DNA of 64,000 nucleotides, taken from contig CM120648.1 in the NCBI GenBank assembly GCA_051362555.1, forward strand, positions 4,708,587 to 4,772,586. Reading direction: 5' to 3'. The position numbers and the translations under genes are program-made. Positions 24,363-39,400 of the stretch are shown here, in pieces; within the stretch, counting starts at the first letter, position 1; each line of letters begins with the position of its first letter. A model generated the notes under the pieces. It was given only the letters and a program-made list of their open reading frames with translations, made no database searches and was not told the origin of the DNA. The DNA is from Lingula anatina. Lineage: Eukaryota > Animalia > Brachiopoda.

Positions 24363-27300
24363 CATCACATGTTGTTCAAATGAAGTATAGGTGCACCCGT
24401 GACAGTAAACGAAGAAATGGTTAATAAATCGCAATACAGTGTCACATTTGTTTATCAAATCAATTATTTTCTGAGAAGGTCAGGCAAAAATATATGTCCA
24501 TTGATAACCCAAATCCAGTTACTGTGCCCGTATTGTGGATATACAGTACCGGTAGACAAAAGATGCCCCGAGTCAACCATAAACCAAAATTTTATCTGGT
24601 CGATATGCGACTGGACGATAATGAAAGGTCCCGTGGGACACTTTCCATGCCTTTTCAATTCCATCTCCTGTATAGACGAACACTCATTTCTGGAGAGATT
24701 TGTCCTGCACTTTGTATGCTCTATTAAAGAAAAAACACGAGCTCTCAAATTGTAAATGACTCGCCAATGGCGGTCCCTAAGCCCCTGAAGTAAGCAACCG
24801 CTTTCTTCGATTCGATTTTGCAATTTATTTCGTTGAGACTTGAGGGATTGCTCCCACTACGTACTGTGTTAGCGTCTCTATCTATGGGTTATAATAGACG
24901 AAAAAGGAATGTTTGCGTAGGCTGGCAAAGTATCGGTTTAGCAGACATGGGATAATCGTGGGCCGTACACTAATGTATCAGTAGGAAAATCGTCTATTAT
25001 GCCTAACCCGATTGCGTTTAGTTACATTCTCAATTTTCTGAAATCTAGCTGCTCTAAATTGGATATTCACTCTTCAGTGTAAGATGGGATGGGACAAGGG
25101 AGTCAAAATGTAATAGAGGTAATCTCTAGCCAAAGGAGGTTCAATTTAGATTTGTTTTCTGTCAGCGCTTCCAGATATACGGTATAATAGCTAGTCTATA
25201 ATATGGCAATTGGACCATATATACATGTACATGTAGCTACGTACCTCTTCCCACAATCCCTACAAACAGCTACAAACAATAAATGTTTTTACATACATGT
25301 AGTTGGTCACTGAAACAATTGCATGTTGGATACTAAAACAAATGTATGGCATGGGAAACTGTATGTGTATATCTGTACGTGTATGTGTGTATGTGTACAT
25401 GTATGTGCAAAGGCGCGGGCGCATGCTTTCAGTGGGTCTGTGTGAAATTGATAAGCATTTAGAAAATATTGATGAAAACTTCGCAGACACTCAAATTGAT
25501 AGTTATACTACGCAACAAGTACGATAGAGATCTCCAATAATGGTAAATTGGTTTCGAGCCTTCTGTGACGTAATCACATAGATTTTCCCCCTTGCGCACT
25601 AATCGTTCCCATTGATAGAACAGAGCGAGATGGCGCCTGACTCACACTTAATTTAGCCTCAGATCTCTAAGGAAAATAACATTTCAGTTAATTTTGTCGA
25701 CAGAACAAGTGGTTGGATAGGAAATACAAGTAACGGAATTCCATCACCACTGACAGTGAAATATTCCAAAGACTGACACCATTGCGAAAAATTTTTTTGC
25801 TGTACGAAAATTGTTTTTGAGAACGAGTAGATGCTTTTCTCTATTTTTTCTTTGCATGATTAACCTGTCATTTAGGTGGCACACGACATCTGCATGTGTA
25901 TGCCTCAAAAAACCAACTAGATGTCAAGAAGATGAACTGTTTGGCCTCTGTAGATCACGTGACGAATGTAGCAAAACAACAAGATCCGGACTTCAGCAGA
26001 CAATAAACATCGCGCGCGTGAATACCCACGATTCATTTCACAGTCAAAAGCTGATCGATGGAGGGCGTGTTATGATATTCGGCAGACATTTGCTTGAGTT
26101 AATAGCCAGTTATTGACAATTTGGTGAGAAAACAAGCACAGCTGACGACTTATTCGCCGTGGTCAAAGGAGCGTGTGGAAAATTGCCACAGACGACAGAG
26201 AGGAATCTGCATACCTGACAGTCCCGTAGACCAGACTGTACAAGAACGAGGAACGCTGCCAGAACGCTGCCAGAACGCTGCCAGAAAAGTCGTCTGCTCA
26301 TTGGAAGAACAAGACAAGAAGCTGTGTTAGACAGGGAGACACTGCATTGTACTTCTGAATTTCCTGAGACGTCTGTATCTGCTGTTCGAAATCATAAAAC
26401 ATTGAGTCTCTCAGAAACGGCATGAACTGTGTCAGCTCGGGAGTTTGGTGACAAGAGAGAGGATCTTGGACAGACGTAAAACACAGTGTGAAGCTGCCAT
26501 TTTTTGGATGGGAATTTAAGATATTACATGTACTAGATAGAGCCGCACGTCGAGGAGTGTCTCCAAGAAAATACAGTTAGTCTGTTGTACGTGTGATAAT
26601 AATGTGCAGCAGACGAGTGGTGATAACGCGCAGAGAGCAGTGATAGTGCAGAAGGTACAACACAGGTGGACCGTGAACACACCACTTGAGAACGGTTTGT
26701 CTAGGAAGCTGATTTATTCATTACGCGTTAATTCTGCGACTCGACCCACTATACATGTTACAGGTAGCGACCGGGTATTGCAATTTTAAAGTAATATTAG
26801 CCTTAAAAAATTCATAAAGATGTGTTGATCTGTATGGCGAGTGATATTTTGAACACATTTCGGTGACGCACGAAAAAGATAAGTCAACACTTGTTCTAAT
26901 ATAACATCGAAGGTACAGCTTGGTTTATCCATTCCTTTAAAGAAACACAACTCACTTAACGCTATTGAATTCGCCAAAAATCGATCTCACCCCCACGTTA
27001 AAGGCCTGTATCTTTTTGAGGAAAGACGTTCTGAACACTCTATCGTTGCTTGCCAATTGAATTAGTCAAAAGCGATTTGACTCGAACTCACAGTCATGGA
27101 ACGGAAAATCGGAAATGTTGTGACTAACTTGTGAGATTAGTCAGAACTGGTTTCTACTCTAAACATGTCGTCTGGGTATTTGTAACTTTCACTGTAAGGA
27201 AAGATAGTAAACCAAATTATATTATAGCGGCAAGGCTTTGAAAATTCTCCCTGTGAGTCAACATTGAAGCAAGCGCAGTTGATTCGTTTGTAACAAGCTG

Positions 27301-28617
27301 GTAATTGCTTGTTAGCCAGTAAGGAGTTGAGAGTCCAACCTTATTCCTAGTCAACAGAAGATTTTTTCATTTTTTCCTCAGCGTCATATATGCCATTACT
27401 GTCTAGTGATCGAGTGATTCAGACATTTAGTTGACTATTGGCCTTCTAATCGCCTACTCGGGCTCAGTATCTAACGACATCGTACTTAGATGCGAAGAGA
27501 TCAGACTGATTTATACACTAAGGGTAGGGAATTATATGCCTATAACCGTATCCGTTGGATGTCCTCACCACATAACAGTGCCAGTAAGTGGCGGATGTAG
27601 ACCAATTGCCATCAGTCAACACGTCTCCAAGGTGTCACGTGCTGTATCAGTGTCGTCTGCGGTCAAATATTGCACGTGTCCCTATTAACTGTCGTCCACT
27701 TCGTCTTACTTCGAACTGGATCAGATATACTGGATCAGATATACATGTGCGTGGAAAATTTATGTGAAATGTGGAGATCTCCAAAACTTTGGATTCGCAC
27801 CACGTCATTGTTTATTGGACCTTATTGGTTTGATGTCTTTTTAGCGTATATGTGAACAGTTTGATTTAACGGAATTCCCACGAAGTTGCCACTCAAGCTC
27901 CAGCCCGTGTCGATACCACACGAGGATAGATAGCATTAAGTGTATGTGACAAATTGCCCGCACTTCTGCTGTATTTTTTTTCTATTTTGGGGTAGAGGTT
28001 ACTACATAAATTTTTGAGAAACGCCATTCACCGATATTTCCTTCGAATCAAGTGCAAATAAACCGCAAGAAACCTAATATCGGACTATTAAATGAATAAG
28101 TAATGCCAACATACTAGCAATGATTCATATGTGTAAATACGTCGATTGAGTAGAAGCCACTACCGTGAATAATTCATTCGAATTGCATGCAATTTCGTTC
28201 CACGGTAAGGCACGACACCTTCAGGGCATTCTGAAGGCCACGAACCGAACGGACGAAGTGGGTTTTAAACGGCTCTTTTGCGTACAGAATTATCTGAAAC
28301 TCTTCGTGTCTTCTGAAAGAAAAAAAGACACTTCAAGTTCCGGGCACTGTGGAATTTCGCGGCGGCATATATCTCACCAGGGTTAAGTGAAAAATCTCTA
28401 CCAACGCACGGAGACAGCTACCAGTTTCGTTTCTTAGCTACCTTGGTTTTTCAATTTGAAAAGTGGTTCTAGGTTAAGAGATATTACAAAACAATTGCAC
28501 ACTCTGGAAAACTGAACTTTTTTATACTGGGACAGTTTCAGTGTGCTGGACATTTTATTGTATATCTTAAACAGACAGAAATATAAAAGCAAAATCTAGA
28601 TAAAGAAAAAACTCAAA

Positions 28618-31600
28618 ATGGATAGCCTGGGATTAGAAGCCCACCGCGCTAGGGTGAACGACCTACGAGAAAAGATGACACGAACCAAGACAATACAAGA
28701 ACCGGATCACGACCATGACGACGGGGATCATGGAGGATCCGGGGATCCGGCGAAGTCGGGCTTTAAGCGATGCCTTACGACTCTGGACTTAACCTCCTTG
28801 GGGGTGGGGAGTTGTTGCGGAACGGGGATGTACGTCGTCGCAGGTCTCGTGGCTCGGGACGTTGCCGGCCCTGGTGTTATCATATCCTTTGCCATCGCCG
28901 CCATTGCATCTATTTTGTCAGGTAAGTTAGATTAAATTAACGGTGTGCACTGCAAAGTTTGAGCTCAGTTATAGGAGAGTTTGTACTTTTCGTTCAACAC
29001 TAGCGTATAGGCCGCATGAACAGCTTATATTTATTAATCGGTACCTCAGTACGTGGCTAGGAGTTTCGTCTGCATCTCTACTCTCTTGTCTTTAGAACCT
29101 CCCCCCCCCCACACACACAGCACACTGTACTGATAACCAGTTTATTTCATAATTAATGTTACAACTTAGGCCCTGAAATATTGAAAGAGCACGGTCAAGG
29201 CCAATGAATCCTTTTTTTAAGGAAAAAGCACCTATTTTATCCAATTAGCAGGCTGTATTTTTTATTAAAAAAAAAACCCCAAGAAGTCAAATTAAGCGAT
29301 ACAGCCAACTGTATCTTCACCTTGTATAGTTTTTTCTACCCTGCGGATGTAGGCATCAACCATTCCAACGCTGTATCAGCCCTAGACCACCAGTGTAAAT
29401 TATGTACGACCAATCTCCCGAGAATCGCGGGTTGCGTGTGAAGCACAGGGTCGTCAATAGCACATTACTGCGAATGCATTGTGAAAGCTAATGCACTTCA
29501 TCTTTGTGCGGAAGTTGGGGTAATTCACCGACATCTAGAAGCATTTGTGTGTTAAACGCACAAGCTGTTCTCTCAGAATTGTTGATAAAAGATAAGAAAG
29601 CTCAAGCACGGTAACACACTGTAGAATACGGGACAATATACACAGTGCATGTACATGTAGCAGGTCTAGTGATCTATCGCAGTCGATCAACTAAATGTAC
29701 GCACAAACTTCTTGTTTTATCTATACATGTACTATATTTTATTCTCTCTGTATATATCGTGTAGTGGATGGCCGTTTTATAAATGGAAAGTTTCATCAAT
29801 TAGTAGTTGTATAACTGCGGAGTGTTCTTCAATAAGTCCACGAATACCAAAGTATGATTTCGTATCAAATTATTACACTTAACGGCTTATACATGTTCAT
29901 GTACATGTATATGCTGAATAAATGATAATGTACTTTTTTTTAATTTCCCCAAATTTTTATCCTATCAACTATTTAATCTCCCTTGTTATTGAAGCTTACA
30001 TTTGGCGTCTAACAGTCCTCCTTTTTCTTAAGGAAAAAAATACCACACATTTCTAAGCCTCAATTCTATTACGCTATTATAGTGTAGAATAAATTGACTA
30101 GGTTCTCAAGGAGAATTATGGCAGAAGCTCTTTGATCAAATAAAGTCTTCCAGAAATTGATCCTGGTGTAAAGCGATGATGGCTGGGATTGAGCGATATA
30201 CATGTACATGTCCAGTGTACTTTTCATGCAAAGACATAATCGAGTTATAAAAATGGAAATAAAATTCGGTCTCTGGTGGGCTGTTCTGGTTCTGAAGATT
30301 GTATGTATATAAACAGTTATTTGGGGAAGGGGAACTATTAAGGTGTAAAGGACGTAAAGAAGGAAGATGTTTGTACCTAAATATGTAACATTTGTACTAG
30401 TAATACATCATGTCATGGTGTCCCTGCTCCTCCTTCTCCAAATGTGATATGCTCAACTCCAGCCCGCGACACGCAGGGTATTTTTTTTTTCTGAAAATGT
30501 CACAGGTACCCTGTGTCTCTTTCTGCCATAATTTCTCAAAAAAGGATCTTTTCATCAAATGTTTTCTTTATTATGGTACAATCAGTATCTTTCCCCCCTA
30601 AAATAAGCACATTTGTATTTTCTTCAGTATTCTTTTGAAGAAGAAAAGTATATCGTTGTATTTTACGAGGAAAAATGCCGAAAAAAAAACACTGACATAC
30701 TGAAACATCGGAATCATACAAGACCTCAATAAAACTGGCGTACTGCTAGTGAGATGAACTGTAGGCTATATTTCCATAGGAAATTTGTCTTTCAGGCCAC
30801 CCTTTATGTCCAACAACATCCCAAATAAAGCCATCTGTAGATTGTAACTTGACCTCTTTTGTTTTAATTGCCCTCCGGCCGAGGAATTATTGACTTGTCG
30901 CGCAAAGTAACGAGTGAGCTACAAATCAGAGAGAATCGAATCAACAAGCGATCAATTAATCCCAATTATTTATTTATGGGACTTCGATCGTTTTCCCGGC
31001 TGAGATGCGTGGTATTGAGTTAGGTATTCACATAGTATTGAACCGGTTCGGTATTGACTTTGCGGTTTGATTACGCGAAATGCTCACTTTAATGCGGATT
31101 TGAGTGGCCTGCGGCATTGGAAATGGCTTACTTGGAAAGTGGCGTTGTTAAGATTCCACGTGGAACTAAGAGAGATATTCCAATTCACCAAGAGGTGATG
31201 AATTTTGCACTGAAATATGTTAATCAAAGCATTTGGACTTATTGACTAACATTCAGAGCGGTGTTAACGGACACACTTTCATGTGCTAAGCATGACTAAA
31301 AGCTGTCTCAAATATCCAAGTAAAGCTGACATCTTAGATCTCTTGATATTTATCCATTGATGGGTACTTTTCTGTGAAAAAAATTGCCAAAACCGGTAAA
31401 CGCACCTCTGCGACGTTTTCCAACGCCCAAGCAACCGACTTATCACGTATAAAGTTATGAAAATGTGCGTTAGACATTCTTATCTTCCACGAGAAAAAAT
31501 TCATTGCACTTTTTATCGCTTCATTTTTTTTCATTTTATAAAATGGATCATATACGAGTATAATACTGTAAATAAAGCCTGGTTATTCCAGATCAATATT

Positions 31601-33374
31601 TTATACAGGTCGACCGAGGTTAATTAAGACTTCCATGTATACACAGTGTAAACAAATGATTGGGGCATGATCTTTAAAACGACATTATTTGCCTGTAACA
31701 CATGTTAATGAACACCGATTAAATACACTTCATCTATGATCCTATGATAACGACTGTGCAGAAAAATGTGCCCTGGATCTTAGCCTAGATTTTGTGGGAC
31801 AGGACCTTCGATCATGTCTACCTAAGCAAGGCGTCTTAATTCAATTAATTAGTGTTTGGGCCTTACTGTCAGGACGCTTGCGGGGGTATATGCAACCTAT
31901 TGTTGCGTTATCTATCACGACACCACCGATTAACTAATTTTCGTGTAATAATAATAATAATAATAATAATCCTAAATAACGAATTTCAATTGGGATATGT
32001 AAAGAATCCAAATACCATTAATTAAAGGATAAAAAATTAAAGATGGGGGACTTAGGGATGCTTGTCTTCTTTTAAAATATGGGCAAACGTAAGATTTGGG
32101 CATACCGGTACCTTGACTGAAATGGCCTAGGCTTGCAAAATGTTAAAAGATGATGATGATGAGATCGACGACATATAGACATGTTTGTTCGCTTTACAAG
32201 CAAAATCCAAGAGATCTAGATCTACCCGAGCTGAGCATGTATAGTGTCGTTAAAACTAAGGTGGGAGGGAAGATCTTAACGTTCAAATTTTCTCAGACTA
32301 TCTGTGGGTCTGTAATTTGTAAAAACATATCCATTTACTGCCCTAATCTTGTTGTTCTCAATCTATATCAGTGCCGCAGTTCGATTCAAACGGCAATTAG
32401 GTTAGTAAGTGGTGATTTTGTCGGATAAAATCGATGAAAAAGGGGGCTGTTTCTTGAATAACTTTCAGATGCACTGCAAGGCCAGACGCGTGGGGTTTAA
32501 GTTGATTAAAAGAAAAGTTGAGCTTGCTAGTTTACTCAATATGGCCAGGCTATCTGAGAAGAATAGCACCCTTAATAATTCTCTTGCTTCGGTCATGTTC
32601 GACAAAGAGCATTTCAAATGACTGCGTTTAAGACATTTTCAAGGAAATGACCACAGTCGATTTGTTGAAGTACACCCGACTTGCAAGGGGTCAAAAATAG
32701 ATGGGCGTGAAAATCTAATTTCAGTACATCAATACGGGTATGCGTGCTAGTATAAACCTGTACATGTATGTTCAGTATTTTTGCGTGTGTGTATCTACAC
32801 CTGTGTTTGTTTGTAAGGAATTAATTTGTCTATAAAATGCATGTGTCCCTGGCATTCTGAAGGGAGTATGTCCAAACCGCATGGGCGTTTGAGTCCGGTA
32901 TAACAATGTTGGGTAGCATGTTGATCCACGTTCACACTTTGTTGTAGGAAATCCCGTATATTGTATCAGTTCTTCCCTCTTCGACTCAATGTATTCGTAC
33001 CTACATGTACATGTACAAGCCGGAAGAGGTTACAGACGAGATGTCCGACACACAGAAAAAAAGGTTGCTATTACTGGATCGCCCTGGGAAATTACAGCAT
33101 GAATACTAAATTGAAGCTGAATGCTTAGATAGAGTGCATTTCTTTATTATTCAGAACGCGTCTGTATGGCGCGTGGACTTTATCTGTCAATTTGCCTAAT
33201 GAACAGCAATAGAGACGAGAGGTGATCAAACATTACAGGGAGAGAAGACGAAGCATTTATGTTCGAATGAATTAAGTGGTACATGTAGAAACAGGTTGTT
33301 CAAATAATATATGAACATGCAAACAAGCAAAACGGGTGAAAAGACAGGCGTACAAAACACGCACAAAGGCACAC

Positions 33375-33417
<43 letters not shown>

Positions 33418-36400
33418 GGCAGGGAGAGGGAAGGAGTGACAAAAGCGCTAGACATAGGTGGAAAAGTGGGATACCATTCTTATAGAAGACAATACAAACT
33501 ATCGTCCCGGTGTGACAGGAATGGTCGTCCGACTGGAATCGTAGTCCGTTCATCATTACTTTGTACGCGTCACATTGGTCCCATATACTAACCCCAATAC
33601 TCAGACTAAACCTAACCTGTACTAATCATATGGGAGCCCGGACTTCCAATCCTAGGACTACCATTCCTGTGACACCGGCAAGATAAAAGGGTAAATTTTT
33701 TGCACAGATAGGATAAGAATCGGGAGTTATGCCTAAAACCGGGCATTTACCATTTTATTTTTTTGTTTTTGGTATCCATCCAAAGGCCTCAATTCAATGA
33801 TGTTGGATCGGATAACCAAATTACATGTACATGTAGCTATCCAGTCCAGGACCCTGCCTTTATAGTATTGCTGACGAAAAAGTATAACATAAATATAAAA
33901 AAATCGATCTGGAATAGCTTGTACGACAGCGCTGTGGTTTGCTATCAATATCCCGTTGATTTGGGTAATCCTTGTGACCCCTGTCGATATAAATTGGGCA
34001 ACATATCTAAAAAAGGCACAGGAAGGTTCTTGACCCATTCCACCAGGGACGCGCTACACGTGCCTGGCACATTCTACCTGCGTGTACAGCTCTAAAAACA
34101 TCCAGATGTAGTGTGCATATGCGTCGTATCAGCGAAACCAGAACGCAATCCCCAAACGAAGAAACCTTTGTTTAGAGACGCGAAGAATACTCAAACTGCG
34201 ACATATTATATAGTTCCCTGTTGTAGCCAAATATTTTATCGGAATCCATGAACTTTTTTGAAAACCTGGCTCAGAATTAGGTCAGGTGTATAGTTATTCA
34301 TACAAGTTAATCACTGGACATGTTATTATCATTTTCCTAAATGTAATCATTCAACAATTTATATCCAGATTTTCAGATTGTAGAAATATATTTTACAGTG
34401 TGGCAATTAGGGTAAATTAAATAACGGTCATGCGTTACTTTAAACAAATCTTAATTGCGTTTTCAGTCCTTTCATACTCTCACAGTTACAGTTGCATTTT
34501 GTGGAACCACTAAGCAGGCTTCCGGTAGTGATTGCTATCGTTATGAGGTGGTTATGATGAAGATAAACTCTGTGGTCTCATGGAAAGAACGTTAGTGTAC
34601 TGAACCATCAATCCCGAAAGGGTTATTGATTTTAAATAACAATTACCCGCCGACGCACTGCGTTGGTGTCTGCCAGAAGCCTTGTTCTCTGCCGGTCTCT
34701 TCTAACATGATTCTCTCCTTTAATCTAGATATAATTGATCTGTTTTAACGCTGTTAATGGAAAAGCCGTCAGAACATTTTAAAGAACAGTTGTCATAGAC
34801 GGAAGGCATCGTGTACCCCACGGACGCCATACACGTGGTTTTTCTTTAAAAGAATTTTGTTCAGTGATTCCAGAACAAATGAAACCAACATATTCGTCAT
34901 AATGACTGACGTCATAATGACTGACAGGTCTGTTTCACAATGTTCCACGTTATTTTTTTTTAGTTTCAGCAGGCAGCTTTGGTGAGAGGAAGTCACATTG
35001 TGTACTTTTTTTTACTAAGTATGCCAAAACAATGCAATCCTTGCATTTGTTCTTAGTAATGCGCAAGTTTCAGTAAGCGAAAAATATTTTCTAGTATTGA
35101 TATAAAGCTCTTTCTTTGTTTACATTGCCAACATCAACAAATATACCAACAATGGTTAGATCAATAGCGGCGACAGTGGCGTTTTTCAAAAAGTGTTCAT
35201 TTGTGCGTCTTCTTTGAGCAGCATCTATTTTGATTTATATAAATATACGTATGGTTTGGCATTCTTAATCTCTCACATTTGTAAAGAAAACGCCAAATGG
35301 GCAAGTCATGTCAGATAGTTGAAGTTCTGAGGAAACTCGTCATTGACGGCCAACTTTTATAGTAGTGCAATAGATGTATTTTATTTATTTAAGCTGACTT
35401 AAGCGGGATAATCTGTTAACAAAAACGTACAGGTGTTTTATTTCGCATAGAGTCTAGTCTGGATGTAAAGATAGAACTGACAAACTGCCTGCAATTTAGC
35501 AACTGGTCCTATCACGCCATAACAAGGGACCATTATGGCTTTTTACCATTACGAGAAGGTTAATGGAAAACCAAACAAACTGTCATGTGTTATGAAACAT
35601 ACAGCCATTAAATATGAGGTTGGCATGTACTGGTACACCTGTGCATCGCAGCTTAAAACAGTCAAATCGATTAAAACAACCATTTTGTAAGGGAACTTTA
35701 AACAGGTTTCGACGAAAAACCCCCCCACAACTTTAATGTATTTGTTTTATAGGTATATTTTGTGTACAGATATACTCACTGTCTTGGTATGGTTCTCCGA
35801 CTGGATGGTCTTGATTGATACGCCCGGTTATTTTGGGAACAAGAGTAAGAGTCGATTGTTTGATGCCGTGATGTTTTCTCATGCCGGACATGTTGGTCTT
35901 GTTGAAGTGGTCATTTTGTGTATTTGCAATGAAAACCCATCGCTTCATGACTTAAAGAAGAGACTGTGGAGGGTAGGTGGGGTGAACCATCGTTCAGCTA
36001 CACTGATACTCACAGGAAACCCCCGTGTTAGGTACATAACAGACATAAAACAACCTGCTTAAAGCAATAATAACTCTTACTTTGAGATTCAAAATTCCGC
36101 AAGAAATACATTGTAAACAACGCCTGGAAATATATTCTATTGCATTTTCCCACTAAAACGACTGTTATTGTAGTAAAACTAAAATCTGTGCTTGTCACTT
36201 GGGCTTTCGATGCCTTTCTTCGCGGTCGACAAGTGCATCCGTTGCCAATGACGTTTAGTTGTCACGCGGATTCTCGCGTTCATTCGAGACCAAAATAACA
36301 TGGCGGGAAACCCTCAGACGTAAGTTGCGAGTTTTTGTACAGTGCGTCGGATAACGAAAAGCCCAGAATTGCACACATTGTAGATATAAATGCATTTTGA

Positions 36401-39400
36401 GCAAAAGACGAATATATCTTATGAATCTTATAATATTGTTATATAGTGTTGTTGTTGTCTGCTTTTCCCGCGGTTTTAAGTAGGTCACCAGAAACTATCG
36501 CTCGATACGAGAGGGCTCCGTCAGTTAAAATCTCTTAAGAGATTTGAACAAAAAACCGTACGTTTAGGAAAAAAAAAACCTGTATTAACTTTGAATGCAG
36601 GAATGGGGTCGTTGACTATTGGTAAGTACGGGAAAATTGCCGTTTTTTTCAGGAAAATCGTATATTTGGCCAAAACGAAGAGTTATTATGACTTTAATCA
36701 AATGCTTAGATCTTTAAAAATTAATTGTAGTTATTTGTTATGTATATGGCAGCACTTCGTTCTGGTTCCAAATTTGTAAAAGAAATTGGGTTATCAAAAT
36801 GCCGGAAATTTTATAATCGAAATCATCTATTATGGGGTGGGAATAACCACATATCGGAGACATCTGATGCAGTGGATTTCATCTGTTTCTGTTAGACAGC
36901 TACGTTTTAAACAACTTTATATTAGAACGTTTATTTCCAGTCGATCATCATTTGAGTGTCTTAGAAGCATCACGAAGAAGTATGTCGGCTTTTTGGGATA
37001 AACATACATAAAATCCATTGGCGTCGAACCAATGTGCAACGCAAACACACCCGCGCTGAAGTATCTCTGATGTTTCTCACTTAACGGGATCCATTGAGCT
37101 GAAGTGTGTGAACGCGGTTAACTTTACAGGCCATTAGCAACACCAGTTGCAAATGGCGTATTCATGTCACGCGCGCGGCCTACAGAATCAATGCGCAATT
37201 GCGCCTTCCGTTACATTGATCTATTTGCGTTTTACATCAGTGCAAGACCGCTCAGTGCTCTGTGTCTGTGTTTTAATAGGCAGGTCAATGGTGTATCCCT
37301 GCTCCATGTTGGTCGTTAAAACGGCGAGTGTCCTGCTTTCTTTGTCTCCGTTTTGGCACACAGAGGCGTTTAAAAGGAGGTGTAAGAGGGATATTCCGAC
37401 TGGAAAGATATTACGAACACCCATTCACTCTTCTTTCCATTAAATGCATTGTAACGTGTGTTTTGGCTGGATTGGGGGGGGGGGGCTAGGACGAACACGA
37501 ATTAAAGAGTTGATAGAGATAAAAATGACCAGTGAATAACAGTATCCCTTAAAACCACAACCATTGGCATTCAGTTCAGTACTTATGTTAAAGGAAAGGG
37601 TTGATCAAGGTTTGTAGCTGAAAAGAGTGGCGATTTGTTAGTAACAGGGGGATTCTTGAAAACCACAGAAAATGCTGGATTTTACTTATTTCGGATGCCA
37701 TAATATATTGTGTTTAAATGTACGTAGGACACAATGTACATTGTTTTCATTTAAGTGATCAAATGAAATTAAATGACTTAATATTTATTTAATTGAAATA
37801 ATGATGTTATGTAATTTTAAACACTGAAATAATCATTTGGGTACCTGGAAGACGCTCACAAAATACTCATTAAGATTGGAGCCCCTTATTTTTTAAACTT
37901 AAGGTACTCATCGAAACCTTCCCCATGGTTTTCTACAAGATTTGAAGCACTCCGTACGGGGGCACCACATGATCAGGGTTTTAGAAAAAACAATACACAA
38001 TCCTGCAATCGACCAGATCCAAATAAAGATCTTTAAATAGTGATAGAGCGTCGCCGTATCGTCGTGAAAGGTGGAAAGGTAGTGATTGGTTCTTACGGAA
38101 CTTTGTCATTTTTCCTGTCATAAGAAAAGCACGAGAATAATATGCATATTTCACGCTTTCTGGGCTCATATGAGTTGGAAGTATTTTTGCATAGAAATTG
38201 TCAGAACAAAAATGACTTCTCATTATATTCATGGCGATTCTTTAGTGCGTGGGAGCCCAAACAGACCGTAATCTAACCGCCTTCATCAAAACGATTTCCC
38301 ATGTCCCACATTATCACACTCAGTTAATTCCCATAGCTTTTTTTCGACCACGTCTTAATATGCTGTCCAGGCCAGATGGCACTATTTCAGTGAAACATTT
38401 CAATATTTCTGTGTTTTTCCAAACTGTGATTTATCCCCGATCTTAAACATATATCTGTGCAAGACAGACGAACTCGTCCACATATTCTTGCTGGTGTTTC
38501 GGGCATAACGTCTTAACGGTTTTATATTTTCATCTCTTCTTTAGTAATGCAATTGCCTCTCAACATGGAGTCATTTTGAACCTAATTCAGTGGAATATGA
38601 CTTGATTGCACTTTATCACGCTGATTCGACATCACTCATCGGGAATGTCTACGAATAGCGACTCAATTAAGTCGTTGCTTCACGACATGCTTGTATTATA
38701 CATGTATCATAGTTTCACGCAATTAAACAATAAAGCGACCAATCTCTTTATAACTGCGACTAAGTCAATTGATTTCTGAACGACACGCTGCGGGTCCATT
38801 TTTTACCTAGAACTGCATTTAAACCTACTCCCAGCCCTCGAAATATTCGACGAAACTTGCAATGAAAATCTCAGAAGCCGCGGACTATGTTGTTGGCATG
38901 CCCGGGCTCGTAACTGTCAAAAATCAAGCTAGTGTGAACGAGCTTCTCTGTAATTTACAACGTTTTTTTCATGTGTGCTTCTGAGATAACTAGATTTCAA
39001 TGTTGCCTTGCACCGTTATTATCTATGACGTCAAATGCCCTTCGCAATCTAATTTTCCAAGTATTTCATATTTCTTGCTCGTTCGATCAAATGGATTTGA
39101 CATTCCCTGAAGCGGTGCTATCTCCATTGAATCCCATCTCGGGTATTGGAAGCAAAAAAGTAATATTCTTATGTGCCTGAGGGATTTCTTGTATGTTTTC
39201 CTTGTCAGACTCTTGGTTATATCTTTATTGTAACATTCTGCAATATCCCAGTAAGACGTTAATACATTCTGCCTATTTTTAGAAAAGATTAGAAACAGGG
39301 TCCACTGCATGTGAAAAAGATTTACACCAGTGTCAGTCAGTATGTTGTTTGAAGGATTCCTTAACCGTTTGACTTTTTGTTATTTGGGCCTAACTTTCAT

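Noticed and set aside
23494-24823. ORFs of 99-170 aa on both strands
   Set aside because: No recognisable domain, overlapping frames and no consistent splice structure.
26250-26287. 11-bp triple repeat (gaacgctgcca)x3, and similar short repeats at ~18403-18440
   Set aside because: Simple slippage repeats with no further structure.
37899-39364. Possible TTAA-flanked (Kolobok-like) non-autonomous transposon in transporter intron 1
   Set aside because: The ends (ttaaggtactc... / ...ggattccttaa) match only weakly as inverted repeats and there is no second copy in the window.
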